Origin: Cenococcum geophilum
Lineage: Eukaryota
Assembly (NCBI GenBank): GCA_050273025.1
Contig: CP158635.1
Coordinates: forward strand, 9,114,001 to 9,178,000
Direction of reading: 5' to 3'
DNA length: 64,000 nt
Shown: in pieces, positions 38,426-52,992 of the stretch
How positions within the stretch are numbered: position 1 is the stretch's first letter
How the letters are laid out: the number at the start of each line of letters is the position of its first letter
The notes under the pieces: generated by a model
Seen by the model: only the letters and a program-made list of their open reading frames with translations
The model's database searches: none
Told to the model about the DNA's origin: nothing
Position numbers and translations under genes: made by a program

Positions 38426-40826
38426 ATAGCAAATTTCTCCTAATTAGAGATAATTAAAACAAAACCTATTAAAGAAGGACTAAATAACTTTTACAATTTA
38501 TTTAACTTAGCTTATTAGGATCTAGACATCTCTAGCTCTTTAGACTTATTACACTAGATAGGTAATAAAGGTAATTACTAATATACCTATTATAAGTTTC
38601 CATCTAACGCTTATAAAACTAAAGAATATTTTACTTAATCTAATACTAGCTCTATAGGGCCTTCCCGCTTCTTATTTATTACTATTTAACGGCGGCAACA
38701 AAAGCCTTCTTATTAATTTATTAAGACTTAATTTAGCGGTCGGTTCTAATAACTTTAACATTAAGCGGTTTCTACCTCTTCTAAATATAATCCTTCGGAT
38801 TAAACCTAATGAGGTTACCTAGAAAAAGGCGTACGCCACCATAACAGAGTCTACGCCTCCTCCCTAACCGCTACCATTCTACGTTTAAACCCTATATCTA
38901 CGCAACATAAGCAGCTTTATTAACTCGTCCGAATATAGGAAATACGTAGATTATATTCTAAAGGAAGAGCTAGGCCCTCTTTATGTGGGGATTTCTAGCT
39001 TATATAAAGCATTCTTTAGAAGGATAGAAGGTCTTAAAGAGGCAAGCGCCGCCGTTTTTAAGAAATGTAAGGAAGAGGATAATTTACTATACGCTAAGGG
39101 CGGCTAGCGTAACTGGCCTAGAAGTATAGAGCAAGATAATATCCTAGAGTGGTTTAATAACCTAATTAAATTATTTTTGGGCTTTGCAGAGGAGTACGGG
39201 TCTACCCTAAAGATATAATAAACGCTTATTATATATATTAAGCAGCCCTTATAAGGGTCTACAGCAAAGCAAAAGCTAGATATCGGTTTTATGGATAATT
39301 TAATAACTAGCGAAAGTTTTTAATACTATTAGTCGCATATACTTGTACTAAGAGAGCTAAAGAGTAATCTAAACACTAATATAGCCTCGTAGGTATGATT
39401 TAATTTAGAAAAATATATAAGAGAAGTTTTTGCTACTTAGGACACTTGTCACTTTATCTTAGGCTTTACCCTCTATGGATCTATTATACGGCTATAGAAG
39501 TATAACTAGGTAGGAGGTATCGTATTATCACTATTTGATATTAATAAAGACGGACTATAATTTACCTCGGCAATATTAGGGTTTCTTTAAATAAATAAGA
39601 AGCAGCTTAGGTTTAACCCTACTATTCTAATATCGGACGGCAAGCGATATATTAAGGTCGTGCGCAATAATTAAACTAAGCGTCTTATTCTTAATAAACC
39701 CATAAAGTAGGCACGCTATATTACCGGTCAAGCAACTACTTACTAAAAAGCATATTATAAGGGGGACACCTTTAAGATACCCCTCATTATTAAAGACTTA
39801 TAGTAGTACCCGTAGCGCGAGAAAGAAGGTAAACTGCTGCGTAAGGTAATAGAGAAAGAAGTAGTTAACGTAGCTAGGTACTATTACCACGAGATAGTTT
39901 ATATAGGCGGTAAAGAAGATAATATTTATAACAACGTCCGTAAGGGGCTGGATATTATAAGAGCAACAAACTATAAGCTAGAAGACTTAATAATACTTCT
40001 AAAACCGGCTAGAGTAAAAATTAGTATAAGGTAAGGCTAAAGTTTTAGTAGAAAGAGGTCGTCCAGCTATACTAACGCCCTATTACCGCTTAGTAAGTGT
40101 ATATATTTAGGCTCTCCGCCTAAAGGCAGAAGGCGCCTTATAACCCTAAATTAAGTATATTAACACGTTATTACTAGGGACTATAAAAAGCCTCTTTATA
40201 AAGCAAGCTCTTAGGCTGTAATACTTACTGCACTAAAGGGTAGTATTAAAGGATACGAGTCTTTATATACGCGGGCTGGTATTATTTAATATAACATTTT
40301 AATAGGCAACCTTATAATAAACGAGGAAAATAATAATCCTTTTTAGCTGGCATTCTTAATTAACTTTAATCTTGCGATTAAGGAGTAGTAGGAAGGGCCT
40401 TTAGGAGCGTAGGGCAAGACCGGTATAAGAGCATTTATAGCGATTAGAGTGCTCCTAGGCAAGATATACTTAGCTTAGCATAATTTTAAGTCGTTCTTTT
40501 AGGTGCTATTTTAGATATATATTTACTATAATAGACCTAATAAAAAGGTAATATTGTTAATAGGTTTAATAAGTGGAATTCTATAGATATAGAAGAGCTA
40601 GCTAAGATAAAAAAAAGGAGAAGTAGATAATAAAGGGGATTTTCTTAAGGGTATAGGTGATAACTTTTTACCGTACTATTAGCTACTAATCCCTTAGGTT
40701 AATAGATTACAAAAAGTAGTATTTCTAGATGGTGGGAGGCGAAAGGGAAATAATAAAAAACTTCCTTTTTAAATAAAGGAGGTGCTTTAAGAAGTAAGGA
40801 AGGATTTAAAGGTACTAGTAGAGTAG
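38426..40826 (+). pseudogene. FunK1 (Pkinase_fungal) family protein kinase
   Basis: '*SHILVLRELKSN', 'REVFAT*DTCHFILGFTLYGSIIRL', 'GQATTY*KAY', 'IIKDL**YP*REKEG', 'GII*YNILIGNL', 'FLINFNLAI', 'KTGIRAFIAI', 'HNFKSFF*VLF*I'. Confidence 0.92.
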
Positions 40827-40865
40827 ATAGAATAATATTTTATTACTCTTCCACTATATAAGTGA

Positions 40866-41116
40866 AGTTTTGCGGAGATTTAGGCGGCTAAGGCTAGGTA
40901 GTAGCTTTAGTTAAAACGTATATAAAATAGCATAGGGCGAGTTACCTGGGCTAAATAAACCCAGAAAAGAATAATATTTTATTTTCCTATATTCTTCTAC
41001 TATACGGGTTTAAGTTTTGTAGGGATTTGGGCGGCTAAGGCTAAATAGTAGCCTTAGTTAGGACGTATATAGGGTAGCGTAGGGTAAGTTACCTAGGCTA
41101 AATAAACCTAGGAAAG
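40866..41116 (+). repeat. ~100-bp direct repeat pair
   Basis: 40866-40968 and ~41013-41116 align (AGTTTTG..G.GATTT.GGCGGCTAAGGCT...TAAATAAACC.AG.AAAG), differing mostly by transitions. Confidence 0.85.
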
Positions 41117-41249
41117 CGGATAACCGAATCTTCCACTAGGCCCCTATACCCTACCATCCTATATAGGCTTTAAATTTCTATAAGACACTAACCTACTCTT
41201 TAGCCTATTAGAAGCCGCCTTATACCGTCTAAATAAAGGCTATAGAAGA

Positions 41250-41880
41250 ATTAATCCCCTACTTTAGCTAATCCCCTACTTAAATAAGTCCCCTACTTAA
41301 ATAAATCCCCTATAGGATCTACTCCCCTACGCTAACAAATCCCCTACGCTAACAAATCCCCTGCGCTAATGAATCCCCTATAGGTGCTAATGCCTATGTA
41401 TTCCACCGCCCTATAGGAACTAATCCCCTATAGCTTATATTCCTATACGGCTTTTGCTCCCCTATAGGGGCTAATAGCTACGTTTTCCTCTCCTATACGG
41501 GAACTAATACCCTATAGCTTTCGTTCTCTATTCCTAGATCTATAAATACTATTAGCTATATCTTTTACTCCCCTACGGAACAAATCCCCTATAAATTCCG
41601 TTCCTATATATAGTAACTATATCTTCTACTACCCTGTAAGAACTATACCCTATAGCTCCTACTTCCGTATAGCTTTTACTCCCCTATAAGAACTAATAGT
41701 AATTTCTTCCACTCCCCTACGGAAACTAATCTTTTATAGCTTGCGGTTCTCTACAGGGGTTAATACCTACTTTCTCTATCACCTTATAGCTTTTAATTCC
41801 TTATGGGAACTAATACTTATATCTTCTACTCCCCTATAGGAACTAATGCCCTATAGCTTCTATTCTCCTATTCCCGGATC
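41250..41880. repeat. Compound minisatellite built on AATCCCCTA / CTCCCCTAYGGGAACTAAT
   Basis: 17-bp units at 41250-41385 grade into longer degenerate units up to ~41880. Confidence 0.8.
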
Positions 41881-42049
41881 TATAAGCAATTCGCCTATAC
41901 TACTGCTTACTATATGGGTCTTATTACCATAAAAGTAAAAAAGTAATTTTAAGAAAGTAATAAATAATAATGCTACTAGCTATAAGATCTATAAGATGTA
42001 TTTAATACTCTATATATATAAGCAAATCTATATATATAAGTTTAAATTC

Positions 42050-44860
42050 TTAACTAGTCTAGCGTCTTTAAAGTTACTTTTAAAATCTTAGTTTAATATA
42101 AGAGCCTTACCCAAATACTTATATATAAGTTTCTCCCCCTTACTTTTAGCTAAGCCGTAACCAATCCGTATAGTGTTCTTAATCTAATATAGTATATTAG
42201 TACTAGCCTTAAAACTCTCTCTTAAATATTACCTTACCTATCTTCCGTTTAATTAATGGTTTAAAAGCCGCTCTATATCCTTTTTAGAGATATTAGCAGC
42301 AGTATTAGCTTACTTTAGGAAGGTCTTCTATACCTACTCTTTTACTAGTCTTTTTAGCTTGTTATATTTAAGTGTAAGATATATTCTACTCTATATAGCT
42401 ACATTAAATATAGTAATCCTATTTATTATAAGAAACATAATACCTTAAAAATACTCTATCTATCGCAGGAAGATGGATACTAGGCTGTTATATTAGACAT
42501 TATTTAAAGTTCTTTCTATAAGAAAGACATCGGCCTTATCTAGAAGAAAGACAGCGCTCTAGCGGTAAACGTTCTTAACTATTAGAGCTAGGTTTTATTC
42601 TAAATGGGCTAGATCCGTATTAAGGTCTCCTATATAAGCCTTATTATAGTTAGACTAGTATATAAATACACTTATAAAGGGAAATAAACTATATAAAGGG
42701 GTCTCCTCTAAGATTTGGTAAGTGCTTTAGCTATTAATATCTTTCCCACCCTAGGTGGGCTACTAAAATGGTTAGCCTTTAAAATAGCCAATGCCCCACC
42801 AGAAAACCTACTGTAGTAAGAAAACTAGGCCTTTCCCCTTCCCTTTAATTATATTATTAAACTTTAATTTCCCGGACTTAGACTAGTAGCTCTTTATAAG
42901 TCCTTAAAGTACCATTTTTTTATCCTCTTTAATTACGAGTAACTTAAATGCTAAGGCATTCTATTTAATGTCCTTAATGTTAGCAACGGCAAATTTACCT
43001 ATTAGTGCTTATATTAATATATATAATTTGCTAACTCTAGAAAAAGTATATAAAAAGCTTAACCCTATTTTTTATCTACCAAACTAAAGGCTAGGGCTAT
43101 TAGTGGATAGATTAGGTACTTATTATCTTCTATCTCCTTAAGAACTAAACCTTAATTCTTTATATCCCCTTACTAATTAGTCCCTTAATTAATTACGCTT
43201 ATTCCATACGCATTTATAGCGATTAGTTACTTACTATAGTTAGGATTCTAACAATAAAATACTATTACGTCCACTATAATACGGCCGCTTATAGAAAATC
43301 TTAACGGGCTATCTTTAGTCCAGAAAAATGCGATCCCTTTATATTTACGGCGGTTAATATCTCTTAAAGATATAAACTTCTAGCCATTACTAATAAGATC
43401 CTTCTTTACGCTCTAGCGGAAATACTTTAAGAGATATAATTTTTATAGTTAAACGGAATTCCGGAATAGAGAGGGTGGTTTTTACCTCGCTAAACGCCTT
43501 CCCATTATAGCCGAAATAGTGACAGTTAAGTTCAAAGCTCTTTTCGCTAAAAAGTAAGGTTTTAAAGTTGCCTAAATTATATATAAGGCATCTTGGTTAA
43601 TCCGAGCCTTTATAAATTATAAGAATATATATATTTGGTTTAAATAAGGCCTAAAGGAGATCGAAATTAATTTCGCTATAGTATAGAAGCGGTAGGAGAC
43701 TATTAGTTATAGGCGCGAAATGGTCTTTAAGGAATCTTAGTAACCCCTAAAGGTGCTTAGCGCCGATTAAGTCGGGAGAAAGACTTTCCTAGTATGTTTT
43801 TAACTGGGGTAGGAAATTAAATATAAGGTTTATAGGAATCTAGAAGTTAAATTAGAATAAGCTACATCTATAAAAAGGTCTACTTACTATAGGCTTATCT
43901 TTCTAAAGGGAGATAGCTTGTATACCGTTTAGCACCACCTATAAGGCGTCTCTTACTTCTCCTAAATTTATGCTTAAGTACGTACTGTAGTCTTTCTTAT
44001 CCTTTTTTAGCTTAAAGTCAGCATCTAAGTTAATATATTTAAAGGCACCTAAGAAATAGACTAAATTTCTTCTAAAGAATATAGATATACTGATTATATA
44101 TATTACGCTTACTTAATATATCCGGCGAAGTCTCTATAGTCTTATACTAGCAGTTTTATTTATCCTAGCTGTAGTAAACGCTATATTAGCGTATTTCTAA
44201 GTATATTTTAGGGATTTCGCGAATATATATCTTATTTAACACCTTAACTTCAACCTTAGAACCTCTTACTTTGGGTATTTTTTTAACCCCTAAACTCGTA
44301 GGGGGAGGTAGAGGAGGTGGAGAAGGTAGAGGAGGTTAGGCCGCTTAGACTATCTTTAATATAGCTATAAGCACTTTAACTATAAGATACTGCGCTAACT
44401 GCCTATAATGCACATGCGTTCGGCTTAAGCTACTAGGGGGGGTATTATAAAATAGTAAAGGCGCTAGCGTAACGGGCTTGGATGTAACTGGCATTGTTAC
44501 TCTATAAAGCTTTAGTAACGTAATACTAATTTAAAGAAGGAGCTAAGTAGAAAGAGGAGCTAGATAGTATTATTTTTTGGGCCGGATTTGCCCTTTTTTT
44601 ATACAATATAAGCTGTGCTATAGGTATATCTACACCCCTTTTCTAGTAATAGGCTACCTTCCCCAATTAATCCTAGCAAACTTTAGTTAAGATATATTAA
44701 TATTGTCTTCGTTATAGTAAATAAAGCCATAGTATACGTGCTTGCTATACCTATAGAAATAGTCCCCTAGCTTATATACGGGATTTTAACTCTAGCACTA
44801 GAGTGAGCTTAAAAAAAGACATTGCCTAAAGTATAGAAGTGCTCTAATTGATATACAGGA
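42050..44860 (-). pseudogene. Fungal AAA+ ATPase with long N-terminal extension
   Basis: 'GKGKGLVFLL' [intron] 'SPPRVGKILIAKAL' (Walker A GPPGVGKT, ~42725-42765), 'SAVFLLDKADVFLIER' (Walker B), 'FLR*IEYFKGIMFLIINR'. The 5' end is approximate. Confidence 0.88.
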
Positions 44861-44989
44861 GATAGGTAATGTTTTAGGTTAAATTAAAGATATAAGTGTA
44901 GAATTAGTGCTAGTAATACTAGCCGGATTACAGCAAGCGATTTGGCTGTACATCGTTTATCTAGGGGAAGTGGCATATAATTGGGCTAA

Positions 44990-45140
44990 CCGTCCCGTCC
45001 CGTCCCGTCTTGTCTTGTCTTGTCTTGTCTTATCTCTTTCCTTCCCTTCCCTTTCTCCTTCCCTTCCCTTCCCTTCCTCCTTCCCTTCCCGTCTCTTCTT
45101 GTCCCGCTCTTTCTCGTCCTAGCTCTCTTTATCCTTCTCT
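44990..45140. repeat. Pyrimidine-rich microsatellite (CCCGT/CTTGT/CCCTT pentamers)
   Basis: Directly visible; lies between divergently oriented gene relics. Confidence 0.85.
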
Positions 45141-45161
45141 TTATTCTTAGTTAAACTTCTA

Positions 45162-46376
45162 ATAGCGCTAAATAACTAGTTTTACAAGCTACTTAAGGAA
45201 AAAAGAAAGACGTTCGACGCTAATACGTATCTATTACCCTCCTACTAGAACAACGCGTTTAAATCGTGCCTTAAGGTGCTATAAGAAAACGCGATATTTT
45301 TAGAGAAACAATTAAGCTCGCGACGAAGTGTGAGGCTATATACGCGCACTCTATTAACGGACGTTTTTATCGGCTTAGGTCCTAAAGTATTCTTCCTATA
45401 CACTTTAGCAGCGCCTATTTTAAAGCTGGCAATGGTATTAATAAAAAACCTCCTCTAAGAGCTTTAAGGATAGTAGAAGAGTTACCCCTACCCCCGCGGT
45501 CTTATAGTTGCTATAAGTACACTTTATAAGGCTAATTTAATTAGTATATTAATTCCTTCGCCTCTAAAACGTCTATCTTTAGAGGTAAATCCCTCTACTA
45601 GTATAAAAGAGCCTTATATTTTAAATAAATTATTAATAAATATTATTAGAGGAACACCTAATATTAGCCTAAGACTTTTAGTTATTGGAGAGGCATTCTA
45701 AAGCTCTAATCCCTTAGGACGCTTATTAAACGCTCGGTATATAAGTCTTAGGTGCTTATTAATTAGTTACTTATATATTTTAGAGCCAGATTTATTATAA
45801 AAGGAAAGTATAATCTTATTTAACAATTCTAAAACCAATAGTTAGACACCTTATTCCCTAAATTTAATACATTAATACTTATTTAAGATAGACGCCTCTT
45901 CTAATAGTCCTTTAAGCGCCATTATACTAGTGTATTATTAAGTTATAAATAAACTACTATTAAAGCGTCCCCGGTTAGAATTATAGCAAACTTTAGGTCT
46001 ATAAGATAACCTTTAATAAGATATTATATCTGTGGTTAACATTAAATAGGAAATCTAATATTGCTAGGGGAGAGTTAGTACTTGTTTTTTTTATTTATAA
46101 GGCGCCATATAATTAAAAATCTCCCTAAGCCATTTTACATTAGAATAGAGATAAGTAATTTATAGGGAAAGGAAAAGAAGAGCGGAGGATTAGTGGTTAT
46201 AAATTGCCTGTCTATGTATATGCTAGAAATAGACAATAAGGACACTCTTTTATTAGTTAGGATCGGCTATAAAAATAAATAAAATATCTTTAAATTATTT
46301 AGTTTGGGGGACCTAAATACTCTAAAGTTTTGGAAAATACTATAGAAGAAGCTAGAGATTAACTCTTATCTATAAT
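45162..46376 (+). pseudogene. Hypothetical protein relic
   Basis: 'IALNN*FYKLLKEKRKTFDA...RTLLTDVFIGLGPKVFFLYTLA' is protein-like, with probable introns; no function assignable. Confidence 0.5.
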
Positions 46377-47479
46377 AAATGGCATATATCGCTTCGGGTT
46401 ACTACTTATTACTACCTCTTCTTACTACCTCTTCTTTAACTTAACCCGTGCCCTTATTATATAACATTTATACCTAGTAAGAACCTCTCTTATTACTTAT
46501 CCATCTTTTATACCTAAATATTTAACCAGCTTCCCTTCGCCGTTTTTAATATTATATAATCTGCCTTTAAATATTATAGTTATATCCTCCGTTATCTTAA
46601 ATATATAACCTCCAATCTCCTTCTATTCCCCACTAAGCGCCTTATCCCTGGCCTTAGCGGATATAATCTATATAGCTAGAAATGCGACTGCGTAAGTTAG
46701 CGGGACTAGTGGCTATAAAAGAGAGGTATTCTGTAGATGTATAATATTAAGTAAATGTTATCTTTTATAAAGCGTTTTTAATTATAGATAGCCGTCTAAG
46801 GAGGAATAGCGGCTAATTTAGGAATTTATTTTAGAATAAAAGGCTATAAAGCATATGCGTATTAAAGCACAACTATTATAAAAGATATAAGTAATTAGGC
46901 ATATACTGCGCGGAATAGCCAAGCTAATATTTACCTTAATGGCAAGAATAGAATTGCTAGATAACTATAAGAGGCAGAACACAAAAAGTATAAAAGGAGG
47001 TAGATTGTAGGCTTAAATGGAGAGTAGCTTTGCGGAACTGCGCTATAAATAATTAGCAAAGTAGGGTTAAAGGAAATTTATAAGGGAAAATAGAGGTATT
47101 ACTACAGTTAATAGGTTTATGGCTGCTTAGTTATTAGTGCCTAATAGGAAGGCTTATATAAAAGAATTGCTAAGCTGCGGCCAGATTTGCCCTACCCTAC
47201 TATTAAAGCTTTCTAGCGCAGAACATTACGTATATAATTAGGCCACCAGCCAAATAACGGGTAAGGCGTCCACAATAATGCGTATTTTAACTATGCATTG
47301 GCTAAAGTCTAGGGGATTAGAGTTACTAGATATATATAGCCCCTCTACTAACTAAAATATCTCTAAGGATTAGATTCTTATGGCTCGTTCTTATTTATAA
47401 GGCAAATTAACTATAGCTAGTTTATACGCCTTTACGTTATATATATAAGTTAATTAATTATTAACGCCCGACTTTATAT

Positions 47480-49900
47480 TATTCGGACTACCGCTCGGTT
47501 TTAACTATATTATGTGATTTTAATTAGCTAGCCAAGTCGTAAACGTAGTTTTAGCCTTATATTCTCTATCGTTTATAGCGTTATAAGTAGTAATAAGTGG
47601 CTCTTGCTTACCGCCCTTAAAAAAGTAATACTCTTACGGACCTTTTTATGCGGCCCTTAAGCTTACAGCTTTAGACGATATTACGGTTAAGTAATTATAT
47701 ATAGTATAGCCGGCAGTATAGTTTATAAGGGCTTAACTTTCTTAAATTGGAAATTATAGGACGTTATAGGAAATGCGCCATAAATAGAATAAGCTAGAAG
47801 TAGAACCTAAAGCTAGAAAGAGATCTCCAAACTAGAAAGAAGGGCACTACAATTACTACCATTTCTTCCGCCCGGTAGGCCGGCCCCCTTTCTTCTACGC
47901 GGTAGGCCGGGCCTTTAATTTTAAATAGTAATACGCCTATAGTAATCTAAGACTTCTTTCTAGAAAGTAGTCTTTAATTTATTCCTATAGAAGATTACAT
48001 CCTTTCTTTAATTTAATAAGCAGCGCGTCTTCCTTTTTAGTGAATTTTATTCTAGACTTTAGCCCTTAGGGCTTTAGCTTCTAAGGCTGCTTAACTAAGT
48101 TAAAAGGTAAAGGGAATTATTAAGGAAGGATATCTAGTATATATAACCCGTCTTTCTAGTGCCTAAAAACTACTTAGAGTAAAATTTCTTTTAAATTAGC
48201 ATTTAAGGCGGCTTCTAGTATTACTTTATTAGAGTTAAAGCTAAAGGCGGGGCTTAATAGCGGTTTTTAGGTACGGAGGTGATTATATATAGGGGATGCA
48301 ACCCACTTATAATAATTGCTAGTAAGCGTAGTACTTTAGTCGGACGTATATGTAGATAAAATTAAAGGGGAATGGTAAAACCGCTAGAGATAATACTTCA
48401 CAGCACGCTTTGCCTTTAATTAACTAGTAATAGGGGTTAGTAATCCTTATCGCCCTATATACCCATAGGCCTCATTACCCTCATCGCTATTACTACTATT
48501 ATCGTCCCTAGAGTTATCATCACCCATATTATTACTGTTATTACTTCCGTCGCTATAGTTCTCGGCCTTATCTTCGTCTATAACGTTCTTACTATCTTTA
48601 TTATCGCTTTTTTTAGTTAAGCCGTTAACAAGATTATCTAGAATATAATTACAACTTTTATTAGCCCTATCCTCTGGTGGTTTAGTATCGCAAGGAAATA
48701 TATAGTGCCGAGGGGAGGAGCTAATAGGCCGCGCAGTAGAGGCTGCTCGCTCCTTAATACCATTACTATTGTTAAGGCCAAGGGTAGGAGAGCTAGAAGG
48801 CGTGGTCCTCTAGGAAGTAGGTGACCTTTGTTGCTTCCTAAGTTATATACTTTCGCTACTCTTATTAATAGAAGTATTAAAGATATAATTAATGCTACCT
48901 AGTTAATTAAGTTAATCGGACCTCTATTTCTTTAACTTCTTAGCTCCTAAAGACTCTTAACCAGTAGCTACTAATATCCTAAGCTTTTGCCTAAACTACG
49001 GAGCAGTTCTAATGTGACGCCCCTTAGCTAAATTATCCGTTTAATTGCCGTCTAGCGTTAAGGGTATAGTATGATTATACGTAGGTGTATATACCTCCTC
49101 TTCTAGCGCTTCTAACAAAGGTAGCTCTTTATTATCTTTATCGCCTTTACTACTACTATTATTCCCATTATTTACTAATTGTTAAATAAAGCCATTATAA
49201 ATTAAAAGGGGAAGCGTATACCTAATCTATAAGGTATTAGTTAATTATTAGCTTTATTAACTTCGTCGACAGCGTTATTAGCTTTATCGCCCTTAGTTTC
49301 CAAGTCTAAATCGGCTATATTGTCTTTAATAACTATTAAATTTACTACTAGTTGTTAAAATTACATATTTAGAACTTCTGGGGAAAGAAGAAGAGTAGTG
49401 GGGAAATTGCTGGGATAATTACCTTAATTACTTCCTCTAGAGACTTAACTGTCATTTCTATCCCCATAGAAATCTTCCTTATTATTCTTATTATCCTTAT
49501 TATCCTTATAATACTTATTATTAGCTTTCTTATAATTATATATAGGGTTTATAGGCGCTTTATTAGACGGAATATCTAAATTAAGGCCCTAGGTGGAATA
49601 ATATGCCGTTAAGTACCTAAGCTTATAATGCTTCTTAACTTTTTAGGGGGAAAAGAGGTACTCCCCTACTCCTCCTTTTAGGCTTACTACTTACGTTTTT
49701 CTTAAGGGCTATAATTGTATAGTGCTAAGATAAAGCTATTAATTTTTTAGGGGGACTAGTATAGAAATTATTCTTATTAAGCGAAATTTTAAAAGGAATA
49801 CGAAATAAAGACTAAGGTAGTACCAACGTTATTATTATTAGAGTTGCTATTATTTTATAGCTTTTAAAAGCTTTAAGGGGGAATTAAAGGTCTTTTTAAG
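47480..49900 (-). pseudogene. Myb/SANT-like domain protein with an acidic low-complexity region
   Basis: ~47920-48060 reads 'KFTKKEDALLIKLKKGCNLL*E*IKDYFLERSLRLL*AYY' (= FTxEEDxLLxxLK...WxxI...FPxRSxGxLQxHY); D/E-rich tract at ~48480-48610. Gene ends are approximate. Confidence 0.75.
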
Positions 49901-52900
49901 TACATATTAGTCCTCCCTTCGCCACTAGCACTCGCCTATTACCCCTTGCCCTTTACCCCTCGCCTAAGTTTCTTATTAAATTAAAGTATTTAATATGTGC
50001 GCCTCCAGCATAAACTGGGGTTAATTACCGTTTATAAAGTATAAAGGTTTATAAGGGCTTAAATTCCATGTACCTAATTAACACCTTTAGCAAATTGCGA
50101 TTAAACCGTATCCACCTATCTAAGCTAGTATGTTTAGCTTTAATATAGCTATTATATCTAGCCCCTTATTAGGAGGTTAGTGGCTTAAATTCTCTACCCT
50201 TATTCCTTAGTAAAGGGCAGTGCTAATATATTTATTTACTTCCCAACAATATCAATCTAGCTAATCTTCTATACCGCTCGTATTAATAGGATATAAAGCC
50301 CCGCTTATATATGCGCGTTATAAGCTATCTATAATAAAAGGAGGTAGTATTATTATTAGTAGCGGGCGGGGTTCTCTAATACTAACCGCCCAGTAACAGA
50401 TACGCCTGCCGCTCGCATAGTAATTATATATAAATATATAAATAAGCTAGGTAAAGGACTATATAGGGTGCTGCATAAGGTACTATATAATACTTACCCT
50501 CCTAATATAGCTAGCTGGCGTTAGATTTCTTTGTAGTTATGTTATAGTACCGCAGATCTATTATACGCCTAAAAGCTATAACCTTTTAATTTTAATCTAG
50601 GTAGTTCCTACTATAGCTCTATAGCTTAGAAGGCCGGATTATTAATCCTTTACCACTTTACCGCTAAGCAGTTAGGCAGAGCTAATAGCCCCTTAACCCT
50701 AAACTAGTAGATTAAACGGTGTCTCTAAAATATCCGTAGTAATATAACTATACCGCTAGGCAGGCATGTATGGCTACCTAGGCGACACTCTATATAATGT
50801 CCGTTTAAATAATGCCTAATATAGCCCTATATAGGGTAGTCGCTTAAATTAGCAACGTCCAGCTAATTTTCCGCTAGGTAGCCTAGTAGGCATACCAGCC
50901 GTAATATAGGTGGCTTTAGCTATCGGTAAATGCTAAAGCGGGCCGTCTAACCAATAGCATATTCTAGGTAAGAAAATAGCGTATAGGTTAGCTAAAATAA
51001 GTGCGACATAAGCTCGCTTAAGCCCTTAAGGGGGCGGATATAGTACGCCTATCCCTTTTTACCTTAGAAGGAGATATATAGTAGAGTTAAATAAGACAAT
51101 AGTGCTAACGCGGCTGGTAACTGCGGAATTTCCCTAACCCCCTTTTTATAGGATAGTTGCGGACTAGCGCTATCTAGAAGGCGAAAGGAGAGAGGGTGTA
51201 TATAAGAGAAAGAATAGAATTATAAGGATATAGACGCGCTTAGCGGACAGAGGTGGCGCTAAAAGAGCTTAATAAAAATTAAAGCTATCGGCTCCAGAGG
51301 CGGGAATTAGAAGAGGAGGCTAAGACTATTTATATATCACTATAGAATAGAGACTCGCCTATTAGAAAGGCCGCAGTTAACTATATTAATTGTTAGTTTA
51401 AGATATAGGGGAATAAAGTAATAAGCGGGCTGGACTTATATACGCATTAGCGCTAAAGGGACGGCAGAAATGCCTTAATGCGACCGTGCTAGGGACTAGT
51501 AGCAAGAAGAGGAGGAGGCGTAGTGTTGGGAGAAAGGAAAGATAGAGGATAAGAGGAAAAGCAGCGAGAGAAATGGCCTTTTATGGTTAAGGTTAAGGGG
51601 TAGTCTTAGCTTAGCCGGGGTTAACAAGTAAGGGCGCCTTGCCTGTAAAGGAAGCCTCCATTTCCTAATGCAGTTTCCTACGCAATAAAATAACTTATAA
51701 TATATATCTAATAAAAATATGCCTCTACTAATTTATATAGTTCTTATATATAATATAATTGCTATTAAAAATCCTAAGTTAGTATTATTGCTATAAAGTC
51801 CTATTTGCAAAGTTAACCTAAAATTAGCCTTTATTAACGACCTAGGTAAGACCTACTAAAATTATTAAGCGCCTAAAATAGCGAAATATATAATAATAAG
51901 GCTATAAGATGCTTTAAGTATAATAGGCTATAGCCTATAAAAAGGGTAAAGGATTTCTAATATAATAGCGGAAAGGAATCCTATCTTATTAAGTAGGAGC
52001 CTAGTATAATTAAGTTTCGCTAGCTTATAGAGAGGTACTCTAGGGAGTTACTTAAAGATATAGCTAAGTTATATAATCCTATAATTCTAAATAACGGACT
52101 ATACCGCGACCCTTATAATATTATATTGTGGAAAGTAAACTAGTCTAATACCTAGGTTTTAGTTTTTAAGTTAAAAGGGGCAGGTAAATTAATTTACGAT
52201 TATTGGATGGGAATTGGCGGTATTAGGTAAGTTTTTATACTAATAGTACTTTAATTTTCGGCTTATCTAGTTATAGGTGCCCAGAGACTCGTAGATAATT
52301 TAAATAGTGGATTAGGAAATATAAATAGATAGCAGAGATTATAAAATTTATTAGATAATAATCTATAAGTATTAGGTCTATTCTTTTACCTATTTAATTT
52401 ATTTAGCAATATATATACCCGAAATCTATAGTATTCTTTAATAATTTAGGTAAAATATATATATCTATAGAGCGTAATTAAGTTTTAGCTTACATTGCTA
52501 GGTGCTATAAAAAATAAAGGATAAAGGATAAGGGCCTTAATAGTTTTTAATTATTAGTAGGATTAATTTTAGCGGGTTAATATCGTAATATTTCTAGATT
52601 TAAGTGTGGATAATATACACTAAGGTAAAAATAATGCAATCTTAAATTTGTTAGATCTCTTAGAATACCTTAATATTTTTCCTATTTACGGCTTAGCTAA
52701 AATTTAGCAACCTAAATTTATAGATCTTTCCTATTATTAGCGCCGTATTATATCTTATTAGAGGAAGCGCTTTATTGCTAAACTTATAGGGGTTGTATAC
52801 TAAGTTAGAATTACTAAAACAGTATCTATTATTTAGAATACTTTTTGTTTTCTTATTTAGATTTCCTACTTTATAAAATTATAAAATTAAATCCTAAAAC

Positions 52901-52992
52901 AAATTCCTAAAACGCTAATAATACCCTATATAATAGGCTGCTAGCGCCTACCTAGCTAGTTAAGCTAAACTAGTAATAAGATCTAATCCTAT

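Noticed and set aside
41250..41880. CRISPR-like or telomeric array
   Set aside because: The units are degenerate and variable in length, there is no perfect (CCCTAA)n tract, and there are no cas genes.
44907..45122. 71-aa ORF
   Set aside because: It is open only because it crosses a pyrimidine microsatellite.
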